From Dicyema japonicum (Eukaryota; Animalia; Dicyemida): a stretch of 64,000 bases of DNA. Made by a program: the position numbers and the translations under genes. This document shows, piece by piece, positions 37,700-50,330 of this stretch. Position 1 is the first letter of the stretch. Every line of letters begins with the position of its first letter. The notes beneath the pieces are model-generated. The model was not told the DNA's origin. It made no database searches and worked only from the letters and a program-made list of their open reading frames with translations. The stretch covers positions 417,837 through 481,836 of the forward strand of contig RDEW01000010.1 in the NCBI GenBank assembly GCA_011109175.1, in the 5' to 3' direction.

Positions 37700-38400
37700 T
37701 CTTAATGGTCTCAAGAATAAGTCTCCAACAATACTAGGATTAAAGTTGGATACTCTCCTGACATTCGGCCAACATGTCAATGACGTTATTACCAAAGTCA
37801 GGAGGAGGACCAACATATTGAAAATTTTGTCCCGATCACCAATCGGGCACAACACCTTCTTACTACAGAAAATTACAGACAATACATACTGCCAGTAATC
37901 GAATATGCATGTCCCTCCTGGAGCTCGATGATTTCTGAATCGTCGTCTCAAAGATTAGAAGCCGCACAACTTGCTGCCTTGAAAATAATAAATAAGAAAA
38001 CTGTGGATAACGTATTGAATGTTAAAGAACACCTAAGGTGGAGAGTGAAGTCATTTCTACAGTGGGCAATAAAAACCGACTGTCCGCTTTCACTTTCTAT
38101 ATCTGACTATCTAGAAAATGCGGGAAATCTATGGAGAATGAGACCGTCCCCGTTTCTACCAATTCTGTTGGATCTTCGAGGACCCCGAACGAGAGCCAGA
38201 ACCCGAAAAACTGGGATCACTTAGTTAGTAGTTAACTTTTAACTTTTTCTAATCCGGTGATCTTGGGGTAAAAAATGGTCTCAAGAGTTTAGGAAACCCT
38301 AAGTTTTGAAATGGGTAAGCATCGGATCCACCAATGTCCGGGTTCAAACCCGTCTAATCTAAACTGATGGAACTTGCCTTGAAAAGGAATAAGGGAATTA
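37700..38400 (+). mobile_element. Jockey/I-group LINE 3' end with 3' UTR
   Basis: ILGLKLDTLLTFGQHV..RRRTNILK..YILPVIEYACPSW..RLEAAQ. Confidence 0.8.
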
Positions 38401-38579
38401 TTAATTCTAGAATGTTCCTAATAAATTGTTTAAACTTTAGTAAATTTAAACTAATGAATTAGTCGACTGAAATCTATGTAAACGGGAAAACAGTTTATTA
38501 CGAAACAAGACAAACAAATAATTCAGCTGATAGAATGGAATTTTTTTGGTTGCGGTTGGTGACACATCTCAAATTGCAC

Positions 38580-41340
38580 TAATGTCTTTTCCACTCTTTT
38601 CAAACTCTCTGTTCACGCTAGCATCCTTCAATGTTCGAGGACTAAAGTCGTCGGTCATTCTGCCAGGATCTGAAAAGGTACAGCATTACTATCTGCTGCC
38701 TGCAAGAGACCAAAGTCAAAGAAGGAATTAACAAACAAAATGCTGACCACGACCTTATCTTGCTTCCTTCGGCCTGTTACCACTACGGAATGGGCTTTGC
38801 GGTGGATATCAGAATCCGGGAATATATAAAAAGAATATGGAAAGTGAATGACAGAATATGCGTAATTCAATTGGAAACTGGATCTAACTCTACAATTATA
38901 AATGTATATGCACCTACATCTCCAAGAGTCTCTAAAAACCCAACGGAACTGGATGACTTTTACAGTTCACTATCCAACCCTTATGGAAATATCCACGAGC
39001 TATCTACTTTACATAAGTGGAGATTGGAACGCGAAGGTCGGACCCATGGGAGAGGTCGGAGGAACATGTCTGGAGCAACTATGGCCAACTTGCGATTAAT
39101 AAACAATTATTCATTTGCAACACAGCATTCCAGCACCCTGCAAGGCATCTCACGACCTGGACTGGAGAACGCCGAGATTCAAATGGACATGTAATCAAAA
39201 TATATAACCAAAATGACTACATTCTGTGTCGACAATCACAGAAGGCCCTAGTCTCAAATGGCCGAACATATGGAGGAACGTAACATCGAGTGACCATAAA
39301 CAATTGGAAATCAATCTTCTCCTAAAGAAGATATGCAGTCGAACTCTTAAGAAACAATTGTCCACAGAAATAACAATTCAGCTAAAATATCACAAACCTT
39401 AGAACTGATCAATCTCAATCTACTTGCTGGAAGTTTATGGAGTAAACTCGTGAACAAAATAAAATCAGTGGCTAATCACACGATTGAGACAATTTCCAAA
39501 ACCTTCAAAGGAGTACATGACTCACATATAGATCACCTCTCACATTTACAAAAGGATCTACACATCAAATGCATGAACACCAACGACAAAGTGAAGGCAA
39601 TTGAGTCCAAAATCTAAAGAAACAAAATTATGCGAGAAATTATGAAAAAATGCCAGATAAACCACGAAACAGAGCTACAAAATCTTGCAAAAGACTTAGG
39701 AAAGTACAAGCACGAAGCGCAAATGTATGCATCTGTAAAAGAAGCTAGCGCAAAGAAAAAATCTGAAAATCTAAAAGTTCATGATGAACTCGGAAGAACC
39801 ATATACAACAACCAGGAACGCACAGACACCATAGCTGATCACTTCGAAAAATATTTCAATTTTGATAACGAAGAAACTCTTTATCCGTTTAATGGAGTCC
39901 CAAAAAGCTATCATTAGAAATAACTTTAACAGAAGTTAAAAAGAATGTGACCAGACTAAACAACTCAAAAGCCCCAGGCACAGATAATGTTAATGCAGAG
40001 CTCATGAAATAAACTCCTGAAGAGTTTCAAAGTTAAGACCAAGTATACTACTCAATTCACTGCAAAATTCTATCGCTAATTGCTTTGGACAGAATAAAAG
40101 CCCCACTACGTGGATTTATCGGAGCCAGCCAAAGTGGGTTTGTTTCTGGAAGATCAACTTCCGATGCCGTTTGGAGCCACAAATGGATGTGTGCTTCATG
40201 CCAAAAACATAAAGAGGAGTACTGCATAATGGGAATCGATCTATCTAAGGGATTTGACTCAATCAGCTGAGTCAAGATGATACAAATATTAACACCATTA
40301 CTCGAGGAAGATTGCATCAGAATAATTCGTTATCTACTCTCCTCCCTCAACTATTTATCCAGCTCGGAAATCAGAAATCCAGAGTATTCGGAACAAACAA
40401 GAGCACCCTCAAGGAGACGCCCTATTTCCGGTCATATTCATCGCATATCTGGAGGCGACCCTACGAGATGCCAGGAATAATATCCCCAGACATATATTGG
40501 AAGTCATCTTCGCAGATGACATAGATCTCACGGCAACAGACCACCAATTAGAAAATATTATCGACAAATTGGCCAAAACATTTGAAAAATCATTCCTAAA
40601 AATTAACACCGAGAAAACAGAATATGCTATAGTAAGGCGATGCAAACAACACACGAGAAAAATGGAGCATACGAAGAAAACTCGGCACTTTCTTAGGAGA
40701 TACAGAAGACATACTACGAAGAAAATCACTAGCATCCTTCGCTCTTAAAAGACTAAACAAGGCATGGTTACGAGGTAAACAAATTTCTGCCTCTTTAAAA
40801 ATCAAATTATACAATATGTTCGTAAAACCGGTTTTACTGTACAACTCTTCTACCTGGGCACTCACAAAGCCTGAAATGGAAAGTCTGAACTTTTTTCATA
40901 GAATGCAGCTCAGATACATTCTAAGAATTTCCTGGCCAAAGCACATCTCAAACAAATACCTCTATTCCCATTACGATATCCACCTATTGGACGGAGAAAT
41001 AAGAAGTAACAGATAAGGCTTCTTTGGTCACATCTTAAGAATGGACAAGAATACTTTTGCTAATCTCGAGATGGAACACCACTATGCTCCTCACCGGGAT
41101 CGACTTTCCGGGGAAGACCACGAATTACTCTACCAACCCTTCTACATCAAGACCCAACTTCGATTGGGAAAGGGTTGACGTCGGCAGATGATCTTGATCA
41201 CCTGAGGGACTTATCGAGGAACAGAGATAACTGGAAGCGATTAACAAAACGCATCCAGGAGATGGGGTGCTCATTAATAATAAGCGAGATAACTTTACTA
41301 ACGTTGTTTTGCGGTGTGCTCATTAATAATAATAGAATGA
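38580..41340 (+). mobile_element. Near full-length degraded RTE LINE
   Basis: ASFNVRG, GDWNAKVG, IDLSKGFD, FADDID, FFGHILRM; many stops and frameshifts. Confidence 0.9.
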
Positions 41341-41954
41341 AATGACTGTTTCCCCTGACAACTTCCAGAGAAATCCTTTGGAACAACCATTCGGTTTCCC
41401 GACGCTCAGTTCTGTCTCATCTATATAAATTGTTTAATAAGAAAAATTATAAAAATTCATTTATGATAGATATGAAGTGAACTGAAATCCGTGATAATAT
41501 TTTTTCCAGACAGTTACGTTTTTTTGGCAAACGAATTTGAATAGTGAATCAACTACAAAATTCATGTTATTCTTCATATTTGAAATTATCGTAAATAAGT
41601 CTCTTCGGATCTTTTAACTTTGATTTGGTTTGTCTAGTTATTAATTTTTAATTTGATTTTTAAAACACTGATCCATTTTGGAATAAAGTACTGCGAAAAA
41701 CAATTTGAGACAGTTGGCAAAGATAGAAATATCTAGGATTATAAATAAAAGCGCCTATTTATCTTTTGATCCACGGATATTTGGTCTCTTGAATTAATGA
41801 TATACGATTCAAAGTATTTTAAAGAGAAAAAAATCAGTTTTTCAATTAATTCAACATAATTTCATATGGAAAACTAATTATCGTGGTCCTTCCTAGTGGT
41901 TAATTGATCGGAAGGTCGAGTTGGTTTGTTGGTGCACTGTGGTATAGCTCAAAA

Positions 41955-42200
41955 ACTGCTCTTTTACTCAGAGCCATATAAGCTATATCTCTGTTCAGGC
42001 AGTACACACACTTTATTTAAATAAAGAACAGTTATGATAACTAATCGTAGAGGGATAACTAAGGAATATTCTTCAATTCGTTTTTTGTTGGGTGTATTTA
42101 CTTTATAGACAAAATGTTCACCGATGAAGGCGTCACTCGTCAAGCAAAGGCTCGTAGATGCGTGGAACCATCAACCGGAATGTACATTAGCGAGAATTAA
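41955..42200 (-). mobile_element. SINE family A, 5'-degraded copy
   Basis: Reverse-complement match to 36590-36830. Confidence 0.85.
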
Positions 42201-42219
42201 TCATCAGGACTCTTTCACA

Positions 42220-43450
42220 CTACGAATGGAAGAAGACTATTGTATGGATCGAAGCGAAGACAGAGAGACCGAAGAATGATCCTGCTAACTACCGCCCGAT
42301 CAGCCTGATTCGGTCAATTTCAAAAATTATTGAAAAATTGTCTTCTGGAAGATTACAAATCAGCTGGAAAAAGAAGACTACTTCAGAAATGATCAAGTTG
42401 GTTTTCGCCCAGGACGGTCATGCGGTAATTGCTTGTTTCATCTCCATTCCGAGTTATGCATAGCCAAAGAATCCAAATGTCTCCTGAATGTCATATGTCT
42501 CAATATATCAAGAGCATTTGACAGTGTTAACCACAGAGTCATAATCGATCAGTAATCTCAGACGGGAGCTTAAAGGAACTAGTGAATTGGGTGAAAGTAT
42601 ACCTAGAAGGAAGAAAGTCCCATGTTAGATGCGGACGCTATTTTTCGAATATGATATTATTGAAGAGAGGAGTCCCACAAGGATCAATTTTGAGCCCTCT
42701 ATTGTTTAATGTTATAATGGCCGGTTTCCCGTCTCCGTCTACACCGAGTACGAGATCTCTGATATACGCAGACGACGTGCTACTGTCTGATATCTCGAGA
42801 TCGAGCACGATCTCAGAGAAGAGACTCAATATGTACATGGAAGAGATAAAAGACTGGTGTTGTCTTCATGGGCGAAAACTGTCAAGAAAAATCTAGTGCA
42901 ATAATGTTCCTCGGTCGGAATGGTAAAGTAAATCAGAAAGACTCCATATGCGGAATCAACATTGTGAGCTCCCTGAAGTATCTCGAAACAGCTTTTGAGA
43001 AATCTGGGAGTACATTGTGCGATTTTAAACTCAAAAGGAAGAAAGCCCCCATGCGTTATTGTGTATGAGGAAATTGAGACTTTCATTTTTTCACGTACGA
43101 TCATTCCATCACTCCTTTATGGACTGGGAAAATGGTATTACACTGCATACAAAGAGCGTTTTATCTTGCTTCTTGAAAAATCGAGGAGAGCAGGGATCAA
43201 GATTGCCTTACACAAAAGGCTCGACGAGAAGCTAGATGAAGATGAAAATTTGCTAGTAATGTCGATAAAAGATGCAGCAGAAAAAAGGATGGTAAACTAC
43301 CTGAAAAAAAGATGCCATCATTGACTCTTATGTTGCAGCACAGAATATACGCAGAAAAGAGTCCAAGCATTTGCAGGACTTGCGGCATGAGGCCAAATGA
43401 CTCCCTATTTAATTTTTCCTTGCTAATAAAGTTGTTAAAGTTAATAAGTC
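42220..43450 (+). mobile_element. LINE RT 3' fragment (Jockey/I group)
   Basis: NYRPISL, QVGFRPGRS, ISRAFDSV, GVPQGSILSPLLFN, YADD. Confidence 0.88.
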
Positions 43451-44067
43451 TATTTTGAATGGAATTATATGTTCATGAAATGAATTATCAGTTAGTTAAT
43501 AATTCCCCAATGTTCTTATCATACTCGTGTTCAATGTCCCAAAAATGGGAGATAATTGTACGGGCTTATGGGGACCTCAATCACCAACTCACTCCTTATT
43601 TCCCACTTTCCTACAAACTAGATCACCAGAGCGTCGGTATTTGGTTTGTGTTCTTGTTAGTGACATGTTCCTTTACAGGGGGTAAATATTTATCGATCCA
43701 CTCTATTGGTTAACAATATCAGCAAATACAATAATTCTTATCTGAGAAAAGTCAGCTCACATTCCATAAATACTACATTTTTTGAAATGAATTAATAGAC
43801 TCAGGGACGCTGCAACATAGAGAAGGTATATATTTATTCACTACGTCTCGCTCTCAGAGAACGATGGTTTCCCTTAAAATCCTCATCGATGTTGCAAAGA
43901 ATAAACTCAAGCATGTTGATGTAGTTAATTTACTTACCCCCAGTCACTTCAAGTGAAGGAAACAGATGGCTGACAGAAAAGTAACAGCCAAAATGGACGC
44001 TCGTAGTGATCAGTCAGATATCCGGTGTGGCGGAGAAATAGATGATGCACCTGAACAGAGAAAAGAT

Positions 44068-44486
44068 TATTATTAGCACTTTCACGAGAGCCATAATATA
44101 TGTGCAACAAAAAATATAAGAATTAGTTAGCGTGTTCCAGGATTTTCTGTTCTTAGCCAGATCTCTCAGTGTGTCCAGATCATCAGCAGATGCCAATGTT
44201 TTCTTTGTGTCTTTCAGATCGCCTGTAAACGGTTTTCTTGGTCTTCCACGAAAGCGTTTTACATGGGAATAGTAATCTTCCATGGCAATATTCGGTGAGA
44301 TGTCGGGTCCAACCTCAGGAGGTGTCCAAAGAGTCTCCTACAATAGCTTATGATCTCAAGACTTATTGGTGTACATTCACATTATTATTATTTAAGCACT
44401 TCACGAGAGCCATACTAATCATAGCATGTGCAGCAAAAGAAACAAGGTTAGATGTCATCCTTTTCCATGCTCCCCTGTTCCTAGCC
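44068..44486 (-). mobile_element. Two short RTE 3'-end fragments in tandem
   Basis: Each ends in gcactttcacgagagccata (44076, 44396) with a TAA-type tail; RFRGRPR motif. Confidence 0.8.
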
Positions 44487-45050
44487 ATATACACAGACGA
44501 CGTGCTACTGTCTGATGTGTTGAGATCGAGCATGATCTCAGAGAGGAGACTCAATGTGTATATAGAAGAGATAAAAGACTGGTGCGGTCTTCATGGGTTA
44601 AAACTGTCAGAAGAAAAATCTAGTGCAATGAGGTTCTTTGGTCGGTTTTATTATTGAGACTCAAAACGTATATGTTTTTATTTATTTTTCGATCATTCCA
44701 TCACTCCTTTATGGACTGGAAGGATGGTATTACACTGCACACAAAGAGCGTTTTATCTTGCTTCTTGAAATTGCAGGGATCAAGATTACCCTACACAAAA
44801 GGCTCGACGAGAAGCTAAATAAAGATGAAAATTTACTAGTAATGTCGATAAGAGATGCAGCTGAAAAAAAGGATGGAAAACTTTTTAAAAAGAGATGCCA
44901 TCATTGACTCGTATGTTGGAACACAGAATAAACGATAAGAGGGTCTGAGAGCTCAGATAAGAGTCCAAGCATTTGCAGCACTTGCGACATGAGGCCAACT
45001 AACTCCCTCTTTAATTTTCCTTGCTAATAAAGTTGTTAAAGTTAAAATAA
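44487..45050 (+). mobile_element. Second, internally deleted copy of the 42760-43450 LINE 3' end
   Basis: High identity to 42762-42920 and 43070-43450. Confidence 0.88.
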
Positions 45051-46705
45051 GTGACCAGTTATCCAACCAGTTTATTAGTCAGAAGGATAGAGGTGGTGAA
45101 TACCTCCATTGCACTAAATCTCTACTTAGTTTCATTATGGATAAAAGACTTGGTCTTACTTGGCGTGGAAAAGATGGCAGACCTAGTTTTGAACTAAGGA
45201 AGTTTTTCAATAAATCAGTAAAATTGCGAACAACAATGCAATGTTAATTTAAATGAGGATATTAGTGACGAGAATATATATTATTACGAGATAGCCGTTG
45301 AATTAAGGGAGCTTGGAATTAATAGGGGAGCTTAGAAGAGGATGTGTAGTAGTATACATGAAAATTGAATCAATTTATGATTTATTCGTGCTAATTAATG
45401 ATGATATTTATTTACCCCATGTCACTTCGAGTGAATAAAACCGGTAGCTAACAATAACTTCACAGCCATGAGCGGATGCTCCAGAGATCCGAAAAGTGTA
45501 TTTTGTTCAGATGTATCTGAGGCGGACCTAGGAAATAGAAGAGGTGAAGTCAAAAAGCAGGGTGGGCAAAGTGGAGAAGACGATTGTTTAATCCTGTACA
45601 GATATATATACTGGATGCCTTCGAGAGCGTATCCCGATAGCCATTGTCAGAGGAAACAGCATGTCTATTCAAGATCACTAATTAAGTGCTTTTTTAACAG
45701 TTTCATTTTTTAATAAATTATGGTAGCCTTCTAAAAAATGTTAATTATTGAATTTTTATTAAATTAAATAATAATTTTTAATTTTTTTTACTTTCCATTA
45801 ATAATTTCATTTTTTATAAAAATTCAGCCGATTTTCAGCCGATAGCACCACATGGCGCCATGTGGCGATATATCCAACATGGAATAACGACTGGAGGGGT
45901 TTCCACAACTGCAAGTAATGGACGTCTTTTACCTTTTATACTGATTTCGATGGACTCTGTTTCTGTAAAAGTGGAAACTGGATACACTTAACCCGTTGTT
46001 TACTTTTAACTTCTTTATCGGTGTCCAATTTTGGCTATTTCGCCCAGGTTGAGAACCACTTGGTTAGAGTTCTATATTTCTACTTATGAGCATATAACTA
46101 AATTCTTTTTATCAAATATTTATGGAATTTAGTTTCATATTATTTAGCTTTTTCCCTTTTCAATATTATTATAATGTTTGATTAAATATCATAATTGTGT
46201 TGGAAACTGACTACCATTAGGTAATGGGTCGTCAAGACAGTATCCTCTAATTTCACGTCGATTCCTGATGGTCGTCAAGTAAAGAGAATTTGAAGTTTTC
46301 TATCACCGAGAGATGAACCATGTCTACACCGTAGTCGTGCAACACCCACTCTGATGTTCGTGGGGGTGATTGTAATAATTAAGAAATAAATAAAATTATA
46401 ATTTTCATGATTATAACTATGAAATTAATACCCAACACGGAATAAGGGGAAGAGTTCATCTTTGTCTCCGACCAACTTGTGGAATGGGAGACAAAAAGGT
46501 ACGATTGACTTGAATGTTAAGAGAGGGGATAAGTTGCCAATCAAATCCTCTAAGAAGAGAAGGATGATTCCCATTAATTTGGATGAATAACTATTTTTTG
46601 TTTAATAAATCGACATTAAAAATAATATTTTTCTACACTTAAATAAATTAGTTTAATAAACACCCACAAAATATCTAAACCCAAAAGTGAACTAATGACC
46701 AAATA

Positions 46706-47229
46706 TTAAGAATATGCGTTGGCCGTCATGATAGCACACGCGATTGTGTTACCTTCATGACTTTCGGCTTTAAATTCGATTCTAACTTCGTGATTCTATA
46801 AATGCTCAGATATATTACCAGCTGAAAATTAGAAGTATATCTTCTGCTTAATAGAATCCTATAAGTTCTACCCGAAACTATAGTGAATTCATTGTAGATA
46901 ATCTGGATACTGCATACTTTATGCAGCCGACCAAGTCTAGTAAATAAAATATATGTTCGTGTTTCCAGAAAATGATGTAGCATTCAAATCTAATAAGGTA
47001 GCTATCACAAAATTACCTGCTTTCGAAAGTCAACATGCAAAATATACGGGCTCCCCTTCTTACGTAAATGGTTGGTCATGAGTATAATTATGTAGATATA
47101 CTCTAATAGTATTAGTTTTACCCTCTAAATATATATTTCATAATATTTAGTACCACAGTTTTGAAAGGCGATTTCACTAGACCCGATGATAAAAAATAAA
47201 ATCAAGAAAATTGTGGCATACATTTTCAT
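46706..47229 (-). pseudogene. NPC2/MD-2-related lipid-binding (ML) gene with at least 2 frame disruptions (pseudogene or assembly errors)
   Basis: Signal peptide MKMYATIFLILFFIIGSS, then IAFQNC; C-terminus IVSGRTYRI..EVRIEFKAESHEGNTIACAIM; three 23-29-nt GT-AG introns. Confidence 0.6.
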
Positions 47230-47344
47230 TTAAAATTTTATTACTTTTAAGTAAACTTTGGTTTACCATTGAAAAATTAAAAACAAATATTTAATGTAAA
47301 TTAATTTTTATATAATTTAAATTGAAATACATTTAACAAAACAT

Positions 47345-47440
47345 CTAAGGAATCGGATTTCTACGCAAACAGGAGATCCTCGTGCTGGCTATTTGAGCGA
47401 ATCTCGCAGCCATCTGGGAAGGAATAGCCACTCAGTCCGT
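47345..47440 (+). mobile_element. CRE-like 3' tip
   Basis: TGDPRA..LFERIS..WEGNSHS-like C-terminal motif, decayed. Confidence 0.5.
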
Positions 47441-48089
47441 TGTATGACTTTTTCTTTATATCATTTTAAATTAATAATAAAAAATTTAACAAAAACTGGT
47501 CATATAAAGAAAATGTTATTTTTATATATGAATACTGAGAAAACCGAATAGTTGAAGTCATACTGATTCATTTAAAAAGTAACTAGGACGTAAATTCAAT
47601 CACTTGTATTTACATAAACTCTTGAGAGTAATTTTTTTTATAAAGAGTAAAAATCAAATAGAAGTGCCTGATAAATAGTTTATCTCTATTTTCAATCAAC
47701 TTTTGGAATCGAGGTTATTATTGCAAAAACATCCCATTGAGTGTGAGAAGAGGAGAAATGAATGTAGAAAAAGGGTACAAGTTGGTTCTACTATGAAGAG
47801 AAGGGTGATTTTAGTGATTTGAGTGAATGACTGCTATAATACTCCAACCTCGTTACCTTGTAATAGTTCAGCTATCCTCAGTCGTCCAGTGCTGGACACT
47901 TCTACAAGTCTTCGATGTTCACCGGAAATCCGGGCATGAGAAAGTTTCTCATTTTAACAAAGATTTTAAATTTTAATAAAACAGTAAATTATAATGAAAT
48001 ATTTATTCCAAATATTTTCTATACACATTTAAATCAATTAGTTGAATAAACTCACAAAAATTAATAAATTAAATATTGTTTCCTGATTT

Positions 48090-48350
48090 TCAACATGGCT
48101 TCAGATCAGGCCAACGACGCATTTGGGTCTGTCTCCCAGTTCATCACAGACGGCTTCACCACGAAGACGCACTTATGGACGGCTCTGGTGTCAATAGATT
48201 TACAGAAAGCCTTCGACTCGGTTTCGAGGACTCTCCTAACAAAGTAAATCTTTAACTCAAATTTACATCGAGCATCATGCTATGCCTGAAAATTTCTTAA
48301 ATGGCCGATGTGGAAGAGTCCGGATTGGAAAAATTACTTCGAAATCAAAT
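48090..48350 (+). mobile_element. LINE RT fragment
   Basis: FQHGFR..TALVSIDLQKAFDSV. Confidence 0.8.
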
Positions 48351-48425
48351 TATTAATTATGATTTATTAACCTCGGGAATCAAATCCAGGACAAATTTAT
48401 AAGTACGACACTTTACCTGCTGAAC

Positions 48426-50240
48426 TAGTGGTTCCCAACCTTTTTGAGAGCACGGAACCCTATCGACATTTTTCATTTTATACAGAACCCTCATATATTT
48501 TTTAACAATTATCAATATTTTACTAATATAAAAAATACAATGATAGTGAGATGGTTGAGGCTGCTGTCTCTTGCATAGCTCTGTAATATTTGACAGGGAT
48601 AAACGCAGGTCCTCTTCCACATACAGTAGGTTAGCCCGTTTTTTATGCTTTATATTTGTTAATGCAGAAAATCCACTTTCACAGAGATAAGTCGTTGAAA
48701 ACGATCATAACTCTTAAATTTTTGTTTGCTAGAATAGAATATTCTTTTTTTACAATCAGCAAAAACTAATCAATATCAATGTTCCATTTTTAACGTTCTG
48801 TCACTTGAAACAAACGGATGTTCTTCCTCTTTTACTGATAGCTCGTTTCCAGTAGTTTTGTACTCAGCAAAAAGATTCCTCACCCAATCATAGAGTTCAA
48901 CTGATATGGGTGGAAAATAATTATTCGTACATGTAAATAGTGACTCCAAGTGGTCTACAATTTGTGGAACAATATCTTTAAAATTTCATTCTTGCATTTC
49001 CAAGTTTCCATTCGTGATATGTCGTTTCCATATTTGTAGTTTTTTTTTAAAAAAAACAGCTATTTTTTCCGCGCAACTCAATAGATTTTCATTTCTTCCC
49101 TACATGTTGTTATTGAGAACATTGAGTTCGTGAAAAATATCGGCGAGGTATGCTAATTTGCAACACCAACATTCATCATTAAGGCATTCTATGAAGTCAT
49201 CCAACTTCTCTTGTATACACAAGCAAACAATTCGTGTCTTAGTTCATAGAAACGAATTAACATGTTTCCCTTTGAGAGCCATCTTACTTCAGTATGCAAA
49301 ATCAAAACTGAATGTTCTGCATTTTCACAAAGTTTCGAAACTGTCGCAATTTCAACGGCCTTATTTTGGCGTAATTAATTATTTCGCAACAGAAACAAAG
49401 CCTTTAAATTGCCCAGTCATTGCTGGAGCACCATCAGTGCAGATACCCACACATGTATTCCAATCCAACTTTATATCCTCAAAATATGAATTTATAAGAT
49501 TGAAAATGTCATATCCCTTTGTTGTTCCTAGCAACTCTTTACAGCAAAGAAAATCTTCAAAAATGTATTCATCGTGTATATATCTAACGAAAACAAGTTG
49601 CATTCTTCCTGTCATTAATCCACTTGAAGCGTAGAAAACACAGATTTTTTTATTCGCCGAACCAAAGTGGTTTAATGTCATCAGACATATCCTTGATGCG
49701 TCTGCTCACAGAATTATTAGAAGTAGGAATTAAGTCGAGCTCTGCGGTAGCAATTTCTTCAAACATTATCTTAACTACTTCTTTGCATTCAGGCAAAATA
49801 ACAGTTTCGACAAGAGTATGCGATTACATTTTTATCGGTAATCTCATCAACAGCATAACCAGGATGCAGTGCTTTTTCGTTTATTTTGATTTTTTTGTAA
49901 AACGGGATGCTTGAACTTTATTCTGGTCCAATTTCCGCATAAAATATTTTTTTTCTTTGAAAGTTCTGGGTGCTTGGTTGAGAAATGACGTCTAAGTATC
50001 GTTGGAGTCATATTACAATTCACAAGTTTTTCACCGAAGACAACACAAAGTGGTAGAGGGCAATCCATGTCCCCAGTCCATGTGAAACCAAAAGCAATAT
50101 AACTTTCTCGATGAGATCGAACTTGAAGATATGCACTGCACAAGAATCCGTTTAGACACGCGCAAATTAAATTAATTCGTTTTGAAAAAAGAATAGAAAA
50201 AAAATTTGGAACTTTGCGAGACCCAGGTTGGGAACCTCTG
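48426..50240 (-). mobile_element. hAT Buster/Charlie (ZBED5/SCAND3-like) transposon, degraded transposase
   Basis: TIRs (T)AGTGGTTCCCAACC / GGTTGGGAACCTCTG; TSD tgctgaac/tgctaaac; YIAFGFTW..PLC..LRRH (BED finger), EDFLCC, CTDGAPAM, STTYLCESGFS. Confidence 0.92.
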
Positions 50241-50330
50241 TGCTAAACTATTTAATAAATATTTTAAATTTACTTTTATAAATAATTTTTAAATTAAATT
50301 GAATAAATATTGCTTGCCCAATTCAAAGTA

